Shown here: positions 18,457 through 27,306 of the stretch, one piece after another
Position numbering within the stretch: the stretch's first letter is position 1
Layout of the letters: every line of letters begins with the position of its first letter
NCBI GenBank assembly: GCA_036263955.1
Contig: DATARX010000176.1
Location: forward strand, 4,582 to 68,581
Origin: Rhodopila sp.
Lineage (GTDB): Bacteria > Pseudomonadota > Alphaproteobacteria > Acetobacterales > Acetobacteraceae
DNA: 64,000 nt
Direction: 5' to 3'
Program-made: the position numbers and the translations under genes
Notes under the pieces: model-generated
What the model saw: only the letters and a program-made list of their open reading frames with translations
Databases searched by the model: none
What the model was told of the DNA's origin: nothing

Positions 18457-19964
18457 CCACGGCGAACGACATCATTCGCGCAGCCGAGGCGGAAATCTGC
18501 CGTCCCTGGCTGCGTCACGTCCTGTCCCCTGGCGACTGGTCGTTGCTCGCAACTGCCTGCGTCGCGGAGGGTTGGGTCCTGCTCGCGCACTGGGCCGACA
18601 CGGCGCAGGCGCATGCCCTTTTCCTCGATCCGGATGCGCTGACCGCGGTGCCGGTTTCGACACCGGTGGAGGCTGGCCGCTACCCGGCGCTGTCGCCGTC
18701 CCTGCCCACCGCGTCCTGGTATGAGCGGATGATCCATGATCTGTGGGGACACGAGGCCGCCGGTGCGGCTGATCTTCGTCCCTGGCTGGATCACGGCCGC
18801 TGGCCCCAGTCCCCGCCGATGGCAACCCGTCCCGAGGCTCGGCCGCCGGGCGAGCCGCCGCTACTATCCGGGCCGGAGCGGGACGAAGCGATGGTGCTTC
18901 CGCTTGGCCCGATCGCGGGAAGGCTGGATGAGGCCGCGCATCTGCGTCTCACCCTGACCGGCCCAGCCATCCTGCGGGCCGAAGCGCTGCTCGGTTTTAC
19001 CCATAAGGGCACCTTGACCCTGATGCGCGGCAAGTCGCCACGCGCCGCCGCCCGCTTCGCCGCGCGGCTGTCCGCCGACGCGACCGTTGCCCATTCCGTT
19101 GCGTTCGCCCAGGCGACCGAGGCCGCCATGGATGTTACGGTGCCACCCCGAGCGGTCGGGTTGCGGATTGTGATGATGGAGATCGAGCGGATCGCCGTAC
19201 ATCTGGACAACCTGGCCGAGGTCGCCCGGCTGGCCGACGCCCCGGCGGTACGCGCCCGCTGCGGATACCTTCGCGAGATCCTGTTGCGAACTTCGGAGGC
19301 TGCGTTCGGCCATCGGCTCCTGATGGATTGTGTGGTGCCGGGCGGAACCGCCACCGACATCGCCGAGGATGGTCCGCGGGTTATCTTGCGCACGCTTGGG
19401 GAGATTGCCACCGAAATGCCGGCCATCCGCCGCATGCACGACGCCGCTGCCCTGTCGTCCCGATTGACGGGTGTGGGACGTGCGGGCAGGCAACTGGCTG
19501 CTTCCCTGGGTGTCGGCGGCGTTGTCGGCCGCGCGTCAGGCTATGCGTTCGATCTGCGATCCGCCTTCTCCACCGGTTACCACGATGTCGGCGCCCGCCT
19601 CGCGGTGCGATCGGAGGGTGACGCCGCCGCCAGACAGCACCTGCGGATCCTGGAAATCGAGGAAAGCCTGCGACTGGTCGGCCTCGCCCTTGACATCCTG
19701 CCGGCGGGGCCGGTGACCGTTGCGCTGCCGCAGGTCAGCGGCGAGGGCATCGGTTGTGCCGAATCCGTCCGCGGCGATGTCTGGCACTGGCTGCGGCTGG
19801 ATCACGGGCAAATCGCGGCGGCGTTCCCGCGTGACCCAGGTTGGGCGCTGTGGCCCCTGGCCGAACGGGTCCTGGCCGAACGGGCCCTGGCGCCCGCGTC
19901 GCCGGACGACATTGCGCTGATCCGCGCCTCGTTCGCGCTACCTGCATCCGGAATGGATTTATAA
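18453..19964 (+). CDS. hyfG: HyfG/HycE-like large subunit (NuoC+NuoD fold) lacking Ni-binding CxxC motifs (Ehr type)
   Basis: YERMIHDLWG, RPWLDHGRWP, LGFTHKG, EIERIAVHL, FGHRLLMD, RGDVWHW, PRDP; ends SGMDL. Confidence 0.85.
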   Translation: MTTANDIIRAAEAEICRPWLRHVLSPGDWSLLATACVAEGWVLLAHWADTAQAHALFLDPDALTAVPVSTPVEAGRYPALSPSLPTASWYERMIHDLWGHEAAGAADLRPWLDHGRWPQSPPMATRPEARPPGEPPLLSGPERDEAMVLPLGPIAGRLDEAAHLRLTLTGPAILRAEALLGFTHKGTLTLMRGKSPRAAARFAARLSADATVAHSVAFAQATEAAMDVTVPPRAVGLRIVMMEIERIAVHLDNLAEVARLADAPAVRARCGYLREILLRTSEAAFGHRLLMDCVVPGGTATDIAEDGPRVILRTLGEIATEMPAIRRMHDAAALSSRLTGVGRAGRQLAASLGVGGVVGRASGYAFDLRSAFSTGYHDVGARLAVRSEGDAAARQHLRILEIEESLRLVGLALDILPAGPVTVALPQVSGEGIGCAESVRGDVWHWLRLDHGQIAAAFPRDPGWALWPLAERVLAERALAPASPDDIALIRASFALPASGMDL

Positions 19965-20455
19965 TGGGGACACCGCAGCCGGAACCGGCCGAACCGATCG
20001 ACCGTGAAACCACCGAGTCGCTCTCCGCCCGGTTGGACGCCGCCGCCCAAACGCGATTGGGGCGCAGCCTGGCAATTCTCCACGTCAACACCGGAAGCTG
20101 CAACGGCTGCGAGCTGGAACTGCGCGCGCTAAGCAACGTTTTGTATGATCTCGAACGTTTCGGCCTGCGTTTCGTGGGAAGCCCCCGTCACGCCGACGTC
20201 CTGCTGGTGACAGGGCCGCTGACCCGCAATCTGCGCGGCGCGCTTGAGCAAGCCTGGGATGCCACCCCCGAACCGAAATGGGTGGTCGCCATTGGCGATT
20301 GCGCGGTGGATGGCGGTGTTTTCAAGGGAAGCTACGCAGTCCTTGGCGGGACTGGTCTATGCGTTCCGGTGGACCTGACGATCGGGGGATGCCCACCCTC
20401 GCCTGCCAGAATACTGGCCGGCCTGAGGACGCTTCTGGAAGCCAATGCGAAATAG
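19964..20455 (+). CDS. hyfI: HyfI/NuoB-like small [4Fe-4S] subunit
   Basis: GSCNGCELE, SPRHADVLLVTGP, GDCA, GCPP; TAATG overlap. Confidence 0.92.
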   Translation: MGTPQPEPAEPIDRETTESLSARLDAAAQTRLGRSLAILHVNTGSCNGCELELRALSNVLYDLERFGLRFVGSPRHADVLLVTGPLTRNLRGALEQAWDATPEPKWVVAIGDCAVDGGVFKGSYAVLGGTGLCVPVDLTIGGCPPSPARILAGLRTLLEANAK

Positions 20456-20457
20456 AC

Positions 20458-20487
20458 GCGCCTCCCTCGCGCTGACGGGAGAGGCGC
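20458..20487. terminator. GC-rich hairpin downstream of hyfI, between convergent genes
   Basis: Imperfect inverted repeat GCGCCTCCC...GGGAGAGGCGC. Confidence 0.5.
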
Positions 20488-20498
20488 CGAAAGTCGAA

Positions 20499-20681
20499 TC
20501 AGCTCGCGGTCGGCGCGGCGACCTTCTTGGCATGCGTCTTGTGCATGCTGGTCTTGTGGACCGACGCGTGATGCGGCTTGGCCTTGGTTGGGGTCGCGGC
20601 CATGACCGGCGACGTCACCAGGGCAGCCGCTGGCAGGATGATAGCCAGTGCAGCGATCAGGCGCTTGAACGAGGTAATCAC
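20499..20681 (-). CDS. Small secreted His/Lys-rich basic peptide
   Basis: GTG start with GGAG upstream; signal peptide ending VMA, then ATPTKAKPHHASVHKTSMHKTHAKKVAAPTAS. Confidence 0.65.
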   Translation of the reverse strand: MITSFKRLIAALAIILPAAALVTSPVMAATPTKAKPHHASVHKTSMHKTHAKKVAAPTAS

Positions 20682-20825
20682 GAGCGTGTGCTCCGGAGGG
20701 GTTGAGGTGAGGGCGCAAACGTTAACAGCCGGGGCGAAGATCATGCCCTAATCGACTGAGAACATTGTGCATCGTCAAAAGCGACGAACGCAAGTTAAAT
20801 AAAGCGCAAAATCGTGATGGTGAAA

Positions 20826-21689
20826 CTAAAACAGCGCATAGCGACATGCCAGCCACAGTTTCTTCCACTTCGGAAGACTCACCGGCTGATCCAGGTGCTT
20901 CCAGCCCCGGCGTTCGAGGGCGGAGAGGATCGCGTCATAGGTTGCCCCCATCAGTCGGGCCGGTTTCATTGCGGTCCGGTCGCAAAGGTCCATTTCTGTC
21001 CAGGCCTCACGGAAGAAACCGTGGGCGAGCACCGCCATCCGGCCGCAAACCGCCGGCAGACCGGGTGCGGTCAGGATCGCGACAGGATCAGCCGGGACGT
21101 TGGCGTCCTGGAGATATTCGGCTGGCAGATAAATCCGACCTCGATCCGAGTCCTCCTTGATATCCCTTAGAATGTTTGTTAGTTGTAACGCTCGTCCGAG
21201 TGCATGGGCCACGCGATCGGCGGAAGCCGAAGCGTCGCCGAAGACCCGCACAGACAAACGTCCGACGGCGGAGGCTACGCGGTCACAGTATAGATCCAGT
21301 GTCGCCATGTCCGGTGCCACGACGACGGTCTCGGCGTCCGTTTGCATCCCGTCGATAACGGCGATGAAATCTTCCGATCGCAGTTGAAATTTTGGCACCG
21401 CGCGGGCAAGCACGCGCGTCACCGGCCCCTCGGCCTGACCGCGATACAATGCCGCGATATTATCCCGCCAGGTTGCCAGATCGCGACGTTTCGCTTCGAT
21501 CGTTCCGGCTTCGTCGGCGATGTCGTCGACGATCCTGCAGAACGCGTAGATCGCGTACATCGCATGCCGACGATCCGGCGGCAGCACGCGCATGCCGTGA
21601 TAAAACGACGTGCCGGCCGAACGCACGATGGTCTCGACCGCGTCCAGATCTGCCTGGGCGGCCCCCAGCGGCGTGGACGATGCGGTCAT
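20826..21689 (-). CDS. hpnD: Presqualene diphosphate synthase HpnD
   Basis: GTSFY, FCRIVDDIAD, YCDRVASAVG, LQLTNILRDIKED. Confidence 0.92.
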   Translation of the reverse strand: MTASSTPLGAAQADLDAVETIVRSAGTSFYHGMRVLPPDRRHAMYAIYAFCRIVDDIADEAGTIEAKRRDLATWRDNIAALYRGQAEGPVTRVLARAVPKFQLRSEDFIAVIDGMQTDAETVVVAPDMATLDLYCDRVASAVGRLSVRVFGDASASADRVAHALGRALQLTNILRDIKEDSDRGRIYLPAEYLQDANVPADPVAILTAPGLPAVCGRMAVLAHGFFREAWTEMDLCDRTAMKPARLMGATYDAILSALERRGWKHLDQPVSLPKWKKLWLACRYALF

Positions 21690-22537
21690 ATCAGGTAGAA
21701 CACCGACGCCAGCGCGCTGAACAGGGCATCGGTCTTGTGCAGCTTGACCCGGCCGGCAATCGGATCGTTATGCACCAATCGTCGCGCCAGTCGTTTTGAC
21801 ATCCCAAGTATAACGGCGGTCTCCAAACGAAGGCGAACATTCCGGACGACTTCCGGCAATTCGGTCGCCGCGTGGTTCATCCGGTCGATCCGGTCCAATA
21901 ATGTGATAAAGACGCGCCGGAGCCCGGGCGTTTCGGCCGGAAGGCGCAGATCGTCCACCGAGGCGCCGAAATGATCGAGCAGCGCCCGCGGCAGATAGCA
22001 GCGGTCCAGCGCCGCCAGATCGTTCGTGCAGTCCTGAATGTGATTGAGGATCTGCAGCGATGTGCACAGCGCATCCGAAGGAGAATAGCACTCGTGATGT
22101 TCGCCGTGCAGATCGAGAACATAGCGGCCGACCGGTACGGCGGAATAGTTGCAATAGGTATAGAGTTCGTCGATCGTCGCGTATCTTGTCTTGACCGCGT
22201 CCTGGCGGAACGCGATCAGCAGGTCGGTGGCATGCTTCGATGTTACGCCGGTTTGCGCCAGGCTGGTGCGCAGCGCCGCGGCGCTGGGCGAACCCTCGGC
22301 GCGGCGCCCCAGCAGGACATCCTCCATGACATCGAGACGCGCGATCTTGTCCTGCGGCGACAGTTCGGCGGAATCGGCGATATCGTCGGCGATGCGGGCG
22401 AACGTGTAGAATCGATGGATCGGTTCACGATACTTCTTGGCGATCAACAGCGAGCCGACGGGGAAATTTTCGTCGTGCCGCCCTTTGCCGGACCATGTCT
22501 CAACGTTGTCGATCGCGGGGAGGTCCATCGGGCTCAT
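21686..22537 (-). CDS. hpnC: Hydroxysqualene synthase HpnC
   Basis: ENFPVGS, FARIADDIAD, LQILNHIQDC; ATGA overlaps. Confidence 0.92.
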   Translation of the reverse strand: MSPMDLPAIDNVETWSGKGRHDENFPVGSLLIAKKYREPIHRFYTFARIADDIADSAELSPQDKIARLDVMEDVLLGRRAEGSPSAAALRTSLAQTGVTSKHATDLLIAFRQDAVKTRYATIDELYTYCNYSAVPVGRYVLDLHGEHHECYSPSDALCTSLQILNHIQDCTNDLAALDRCYLPRALLDHFGASVDDLRLPAETPGLRRVFITLLDRIDRMNHAATELPEVVRNVRLRLETAVILGMSKRLARRLVHNDPIAGRVKLHKTDALFSALASVFYLI

Positions 22538-23649
22538 CCGCCGATCCCCTGATAAGCGCGTCCCTTCCAGGCAACACCGCGCCCCAGATAATGGTTGACC
22601 GCCGATCCGATGGTCGCGGCCATATAGAACGCCGCAACCAATGGCAGGAAGGGCGTCCAAAGCGGCGAACGGCCGAATCGCCGCAGCGTTGGCAGGTAGG
22701 AGGCGGCCAGCATCAGCCACGCAATCAGGCCGCACCAGAACGCGGTGCCGTGTCCGAACAACGCCAGCGCCGGAGGCACCAGCCAGGTCACAGCCATGCC
22801 GAGGGTCGTCAGGACGAGCAGCGCCGGCGAATAGCGAAGTTGGACGAAGGCGGTGCGTGCGATCATGCGCCAGATATCGGCAACGGAGGGATAGGGCCGC
22901 ACCGAGCGTGCCAGATCAGAATGGCCGAGCCAGATCCGGCCGCCTTTTTTCACCGCCACAGCCAAGGCGACATCGTCGATCAACGCCCCTCTTACACATT
23001 CGATGCCGCCGATCCGCAGCAACGCGCGCTGCCTGATCAGAATGGTTCCGCCGGCCGCCGCGGCGGTGGCCTTCAGACCGTCGTTGACCCAGTCGAATGG
23101 ATAGAGCAACTGAAAGAAGAACACGAACGCAGGCACCAGGGCCCGCTCCGCCCGGCTTTCACATGTCAATTTCACCATCTCCGAAACCAGATCAAGCCCG
23201 TATCGCTCAATTTTCGAAACGAGGGCAGACAGATGGGCCGGCTCGTGAACAATATCCGCGTCGGTCAGCAAAATGAGCTCGGCGTCGTCGGCTTCCGCCA
23301 CGCCTTGCGATACCGCCCAGAGCTTGCCGCTCCATCCCGCCGGGCGCGGGGCGCCGGTGATGACGGTCAGGCGCGGATCACCGATCGCGCGGGCGATGCG
23401 GCCGGTGCCGTCGGTGCTGTTGTCGTCCGTAAGGATGACCCGGAGCGACCCGGCATAGTCCTGGGCCAGCAGCGAGCGCAGGCTGGCTTCGATGAGCGGC
23501 GCCTCGTCCCGCGCCGGCACGACAACGGCGACGGATGGCGTGGCTGCGGGATACGCAACGGGCAATACCGGGCCGGCCTGCCAGAAGGTGCCACGGGCAA
23601 ACAGCAGGTATAGCCAGATCAGCAGGGCAAGGACCGCCAACGTGGTCAT
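22534..23649 (-). CDS. hpnB: Hopanoid-associated glycosyltransferase HpnB (GT2)
   Basis: PARDE, DDNSTDGT, GWSGKLWA, TDAD, LIDD, WKGR; hpn context. Confidence 0.9.
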   Translation of the reverse strand: MTTLAVLALLIWLYLLFARGTFWQAGPVLPVAYPAATPSVAVVVPARDEAPLIEASLRSLLAQDYAGSLRVILTDDNSTDGTGRIARAIGDPRLTVITGAPRPAGWSGKLWAVSQGVAEADDAELILLTDADIVHEPAHLSALVSKIERYGLDLVSEMVKLTCESRAERALVPAFVFFFQLLYPFDWVNDGLKATAAAAGGTILIRQRALLRIGGIECVRGALIDDVALAVAVKKGGRIWLGHSDLARSVRPYPSVADIWRMIARTAFVQLRYSPALLVLTTLGMAVTWLVPPALALFGHGTAFWCGLIAWLMLAASYLPTLRRFGRSPLWTPFLPLVAAFYMAATIGSAVNHYLGRGVAWKGRAYQGIGG

Positions 23650-24638
23650 TTCGCCAGCATGCCATTGGCCCGGAACCAGGCGACCGCGTCCTCCACCGCC
23701 AGGCGCACGGGCCTGGGCTTGTAGCCCAGTTCCGCCATCGCCTTGGCGGACGAGTAGAACATCTTCTTGCGCGCCATCTTCAGGTGGTCGCGCGTCATCA
23801 ACGGGGCGATCCCGGTGATCTTCGCCAGTTTTTCCATCACGAAGGCAGCCGGCCAGACGACGGCTTCGGGCAACTGGATCGATGGCGGCCGGCGATGCAC
23901 CACATCGGCGACGAGCCCGAGGATATCCTTCAGCAGCATGTTCTCGCTGCCCAGGATGTAGCGCTCCCCGACCGTGCCGTTTTCCGCCGCAAGGACGTGA
24001 CCTTCGGCGACGTCATCGACATGGACGATGTTGAGGCCGGTATCGATATAGGCGGGCACGCGACCGGCGGCGGCGTCCAGGATCATCTTGCCGGTGGGGG
24101 TCGGCTTGATGTCGCGCGGGCCGACCGGTGCCGCGGGGTTGACCACGACGACCGGCAGCGATTCCCGACGCGCAAGGTCAAGTACGGCCTGTTCGGCGAG
24201 GTATTTGGATCGCTTGTAGATGCCGACGAAATCTGCCTCCTTGATCGGCGTGGTTTCGTCAGCCGGCGTCCCATCGCCGATCTGGCCAAGCGCGGCGACG
24301 GAACTGCAGTGCACGATGCGTTCGGCGCCGGCATCGGCGGCAGCACGCACCATGGCCAGCGCACCATCGACGTTGGCCCGCAGCATCACGTCCGGGTCCG
24401 GTACCCAGAAACGGTAATCGGCGGCCACGTGAAAAACATACCGGCAGCCGGCGGCGGCACGGCGCAGCGACTCAGGATCGGTCAGGTCGCCGATGACGAT
24501 TTCGGCATCCAACCCAGCCAGGTTGCGGCGATCGCTGGATGGACGCGCCAGCAGGCGCAGGTCGTGCCCGCGGGCCGCGAGGGTGCGCGCAACGGCGGAG
24601 CCGACGAAGCCGGTTGCACCTGTGACCAGGGTGGTCAT
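23646..24638 (-). CDS. hpnA: Hopanoid-associated NAD-dependent sugar epimerase HpnA
   Basis: GATGFVG, HVAADYR.W, YKRSK, GPRDIKPTPTG. Confidence 0.92.
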   Translation of the reverse strand: MTTLVTGATGFVGSAVARTLAARGHDLRLLARPSSDRRNLAGLDAEIVIGDLTDPESLRRAAAGCRYVFHVAADYRFWVPDPDVMLRANVDGALAMVRAAADAGAERIVHCSSVAALGQIGDGTPADETTPIKEADFVGIYKRSKYLAEQAVLDLARRESLPVVVVNPAAPVGPRDIKPTPTGKMILDAAAGRVPAYIDTGLNIVHVDDVAEGHVLAAENGTVGERYILGSENMLLKDILGLVADVVHRRPPSIQLPEAVVWPAAFVMEKLAKITGIAPLMTRDHLKMARKKMFYSSAKAMAELGYKPRPVRLAVEDAVAWFRANGMLAK

Positions 24639-24766
24639 CGTAGTTCCATGTTCCTATCAGGGTTCCTATCGGGCCTTCCTTCGGAGGCTTCCATAGACGA
24701 TGCCCATGCCGTGGGAAACAGGCTTCGCTTGCCCCGGCGGCGCCGCACGGGCAGAAGCCGTCCGTC

Positions 24767-25753
24767 ATGAAACGCTTATCCTATGTGCTGGCGCTGCTGG
24801 GTGTTCTGATCGCACTGCTGCTGGTGTCCTACTACGGCTTCGGTAATGTCGTCTCGGCGGTCGGCCGCATCGGCTGGAACGAATTCGGGGTGATCGTCGG
24901 TTGGCAAATCGTGCTGTTCATCATTCTGGGCGTTGCCTGGGACCTGATCACGCCGGCGCGCACGATGCGGCGCCCCTGGGTGCTGATCTGGGGCCGCATG
25001 GTACGCGATGCATCCGCCAATTGCCTGCCGTTCTCCCAGGTGGGCGGTTTCGTGTTCGGTGCCCGGGCCGTGACCCTGCACGGGGTCGAATGGCATACCG
25101 CGACGGCTTCGACCGTTGTTGACGTGACGGCGGAATTTCTGGCCCAAATCGCCTTCGCCGGCATCGGGTTGGGAATCCTGCTGGTTCGGGCACCCCGGTC
25201 CGGCCTGGCGGTGCCGGCGGAAGTGGGAATCGGGCTCGCGGTGCTCGCCTGCTTCGGATTCGTCTGGGCGCAGAAAGGCGCGGCCCCGCTGTTTGCCCGC
25301 CTGGGCCGCCGGATTGCCGGACGCTGGTTCACCGATGCCGAAGAACGGATGGCGGTACTGCAGGCCGAACTTGGATTGGTCTACGGTCATACCGGAAAGC
25401 TGGCCCTGGGTTTCCTGATGCACCTGATTGGCTGGATCAGCACCGGCGTGGCGGGGTGGATCGCCTATCGCGCGCTGGGGGCGCAGATCACCTTCGACGA
25501 TGCGCTGGCGATCGAGGCGCTGCTGAGCGCCGCCGCGGCGCTGGCGTTCCTGGTGCCGGTGAACGCCGGCGTGCAGGAGGCAGGATATGCCGGCCTGGGC
25601 GCGATTTTCGGCGTGCCGCCGGAAGTGTCGCTGGGCGTTTCGCTGATCCGCCGGGCCCGCGATATCGTGGTTGGCGTGCCGATTCTGCTGCTATGGCAAT
25701 TCCTTGAAATGCGACGGATTCGGATCAGCCGAACGCGGACGGCGGCTGAATAA
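24767..25753 (+). CDS. HpnL-like membrane protein (LPG synthase TM / flippase-like domain)
   Basis: Polytopic membrane protein; LPFSQVGG, P.NAGVQE, RRARD; divergent from hpnA. Confidence 0.75.
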   Translation: MKRLSYVLALLGVLIALLLVSYYGFGNVVSAVGRIGWNEFGVIVGWQIVLFIILGVAWDLITPARTMRRPWVLIWGRMVRDASANCLPFSQVGGFVFGARAVTLHGVEWHTATASTVVDVTAEFLAQIAFAGIGLGILLVRAPRSGLAVPAEVGIGLAVLACFGFVWAQKGAAPLFARLGRRIAGRWFTDAEERMAVLQAELGLVYGHTGKLALGFLMHLIGWISTGVAGWIAYRALGAQITFDDALAIEALLSAAAALAFLVPVNAGVQEAGYAGLGAIFGVPPEVSLGVSLIRRARDIVVGVPILLLWQFLEMRRIRISRTRTAAE

Positions 25754-25802
25754 CGGGGCGTCGTTGACGGAACGGACACGGGGCGTCATTGACGGAACGG
25801 AC
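25753..25802. repeat. Tandem repeat, 2 x 25 bp (ACGGGGCGTCRTTGACGGAACGGAC)
   Basis: Read directly; one mismatch; lies between the hpnL-like gene and ispDF. Confidence 0.9.
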
Positions 25803-25825
25803 GCGTGACGGCATCTGTCCGCCCC

Positions 25826-26959
25826 ATGCGCATCGCCGCCATCCTTGTCGCCGCCGGTTCTGGCTCCCGCTTCAATGCGGAGATGCCAAAGCAATTCCTG
25901 ACGCTCGCCGGCAAACCGGTGATCCGCCATGCCGCCGAAGCCCTGGCCGCGCATGTTTCCTTGCTGCAGCCGGTCGGCGACGCGGAACCGATCGAGGCGG
26001 CGCTGATGGGGGTCGCCGGGTGCCTGCCGGTGATACGCGGCGGCGCAACGCGGCAGGACAGCGTCCGCGCCGGGCTTGAGGCCCTGGCCCCCCACAGACC
26101 CGACGTCGTGCTGGTGCATGACGCCGCGCGGCCGGTGATACCCGAAGGCACGATCCCTGCCCTGCTGGCCGCTTTGCGCGAATCGCCGGGCGCGATTCCG
26201 GCCGCGCCGGTGGCCGACACACTGAAGCGCGTGGTGCGTGGGATCATCACCGAAACCGTGCCCCGAACCGAGTTGTTCCGTGCGCAGACGCCGCAAGCGT
26301 TTCGGTTCGACACACTTCTGGCGGCGCACCGGGCCGGCCTGACCGGCGCGACCGACGATGCCTCGCTGCTGGAAGCGGCCGGGGCGGCTGTGGAAGTGGT
26401 TCCGGGATCGGACGACAACATCAAGCTGACTTATCCCGACGACCTTGTGCGGCTGGAGCGTATCATGACTGTTCCGTTGATCCCGCGTGTCGGTACCGGC
26501 TTCGACGTGCACGTGTTCGAGGCTGGCCGTCCGTTGGTGCTGTGCGGCGTGGTGGTGCCGCATGAAAAGGGATTGGCCGGCCACTCGGATGCCGATGTTG
26601 GCATCCATGCGCTGTGCGATGCGATCTACGGTGCGCTGGCGGAGGGCGACATCGGCCGCCATTTCCCGCCCAGCGAGGCGACCTGGAAAGATGCCGACAG
26701 CGCCCGGTTCCTGATCCACGCGGCGGGACGCATCGCGGCGCGGGGCGGCCGTCTGGCCAATGCGGATGTGACGCTGATCTGCGAGCAGCCCAAGATCACG
26801 CCGCATGCACCGGCGATGATCGCGCGCCTCGCCGAATTGCTTGGGGTCGATGCGGGCCGCATCTCGGTCAAGGCCACGACGACGGAAAGACTGGGCTTCG
26901 CCGGCCGCGGCGAGGGCATCGCCGCCCAGGCCGTGGTATCCATCCTCGTTCCCGAATAA
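25826..26959 (+). CDS. ispDF: Bifunctional IspD/IspF (MEP pathway)
   Basis: [28 protein letters not shown] and QTPQ, then GFDVH, GHSDADV and [10 protein letters not shown]. Confidence 0.96.
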   Translation: MRIAAILVAAGSGSRFNAEMPKQFLTLAGKPVIRHAAEALAAHVSLLQPVGDAEPIEAALMGVAGCLPVIRGGATRQDSVRAGLEALAPHRPDVVLVHDAARPVIPEGTIPALLAALRESPGAIPAAPVADTLKRVVRGIITETVPRTELFRAQTPQAFRFDTLLAAHRAGLTGATDDASLLEAAGAAVEVVPGSDDNIKLTYPDDLVRLERIMTVPLIPRVGTGFDVHVFEAGRPLVLCGVVVPHEKGLAGHSDADVGIHALCDAIYGALAEGDIGRHFPPSEATWKDADSARFLIHAAGRIAARGGRLANADVTLICEQPKITPHAPAMIARLAELLGVDAGRISVKATTTERLGFAGRGEGIAAQAVVSILVPE

Positions 26960-26978
26960 CACTGTCGCCGGAGAGACC

Positions 26979-27290
26979 ATGAGGACGTTCACGACATTGG
27001 CGGCGGTTCTGGCCATAAGCCTGATCGCCGGTTGCGCCGAACGGCAGACACCAGACGCTAATCCGTATCCACCGGTTCCGGCATTGATCCCGGAGATGAT
27101 GCCGAAGCCTCCGGTCACCGCCGAATCCCTGATGTGGCAGCCCGGACACTGGGACTGGAACGGCAGCGGCTATGTCTGGGCAAGAGGGCAGTATGTGCCG
27201 GCGGCCGGACACGGCAGCCTTTGGATGCCCGGATGGTGGTCGCGCACCCCGGCCGGCTGGACCTGGCTGCCGCCGCACTGGACGTCATAA
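26979..27290 (+). CDS. YXWGXW (WxxGxW) repeat lipoprotein
   Basis: Lipobox IAGC; repeats WQPGHW, WARGQY, WMPGWW, WLPPHW. Confidence 0.8.
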   Translation: MRTFTTLAAVLAISLIAGCAERQTPDANPYPPVPALIPEMMPKPPVTAESLMWQPGHWDWNGSGYVWARGQYVPAAGHGSLWMPGWWSRTPAGWTWLPPHWTS

Positions 27291-27306
27291 ACCACAGGAG
27301 CCCGCA

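Noticed and set aside
14166-20455. Calling this a functional NiFe hydrogenase / formate hydrogenlyase
   Set aside because: The large subunit lacks both CxxC motifs and no maturation genes are present.
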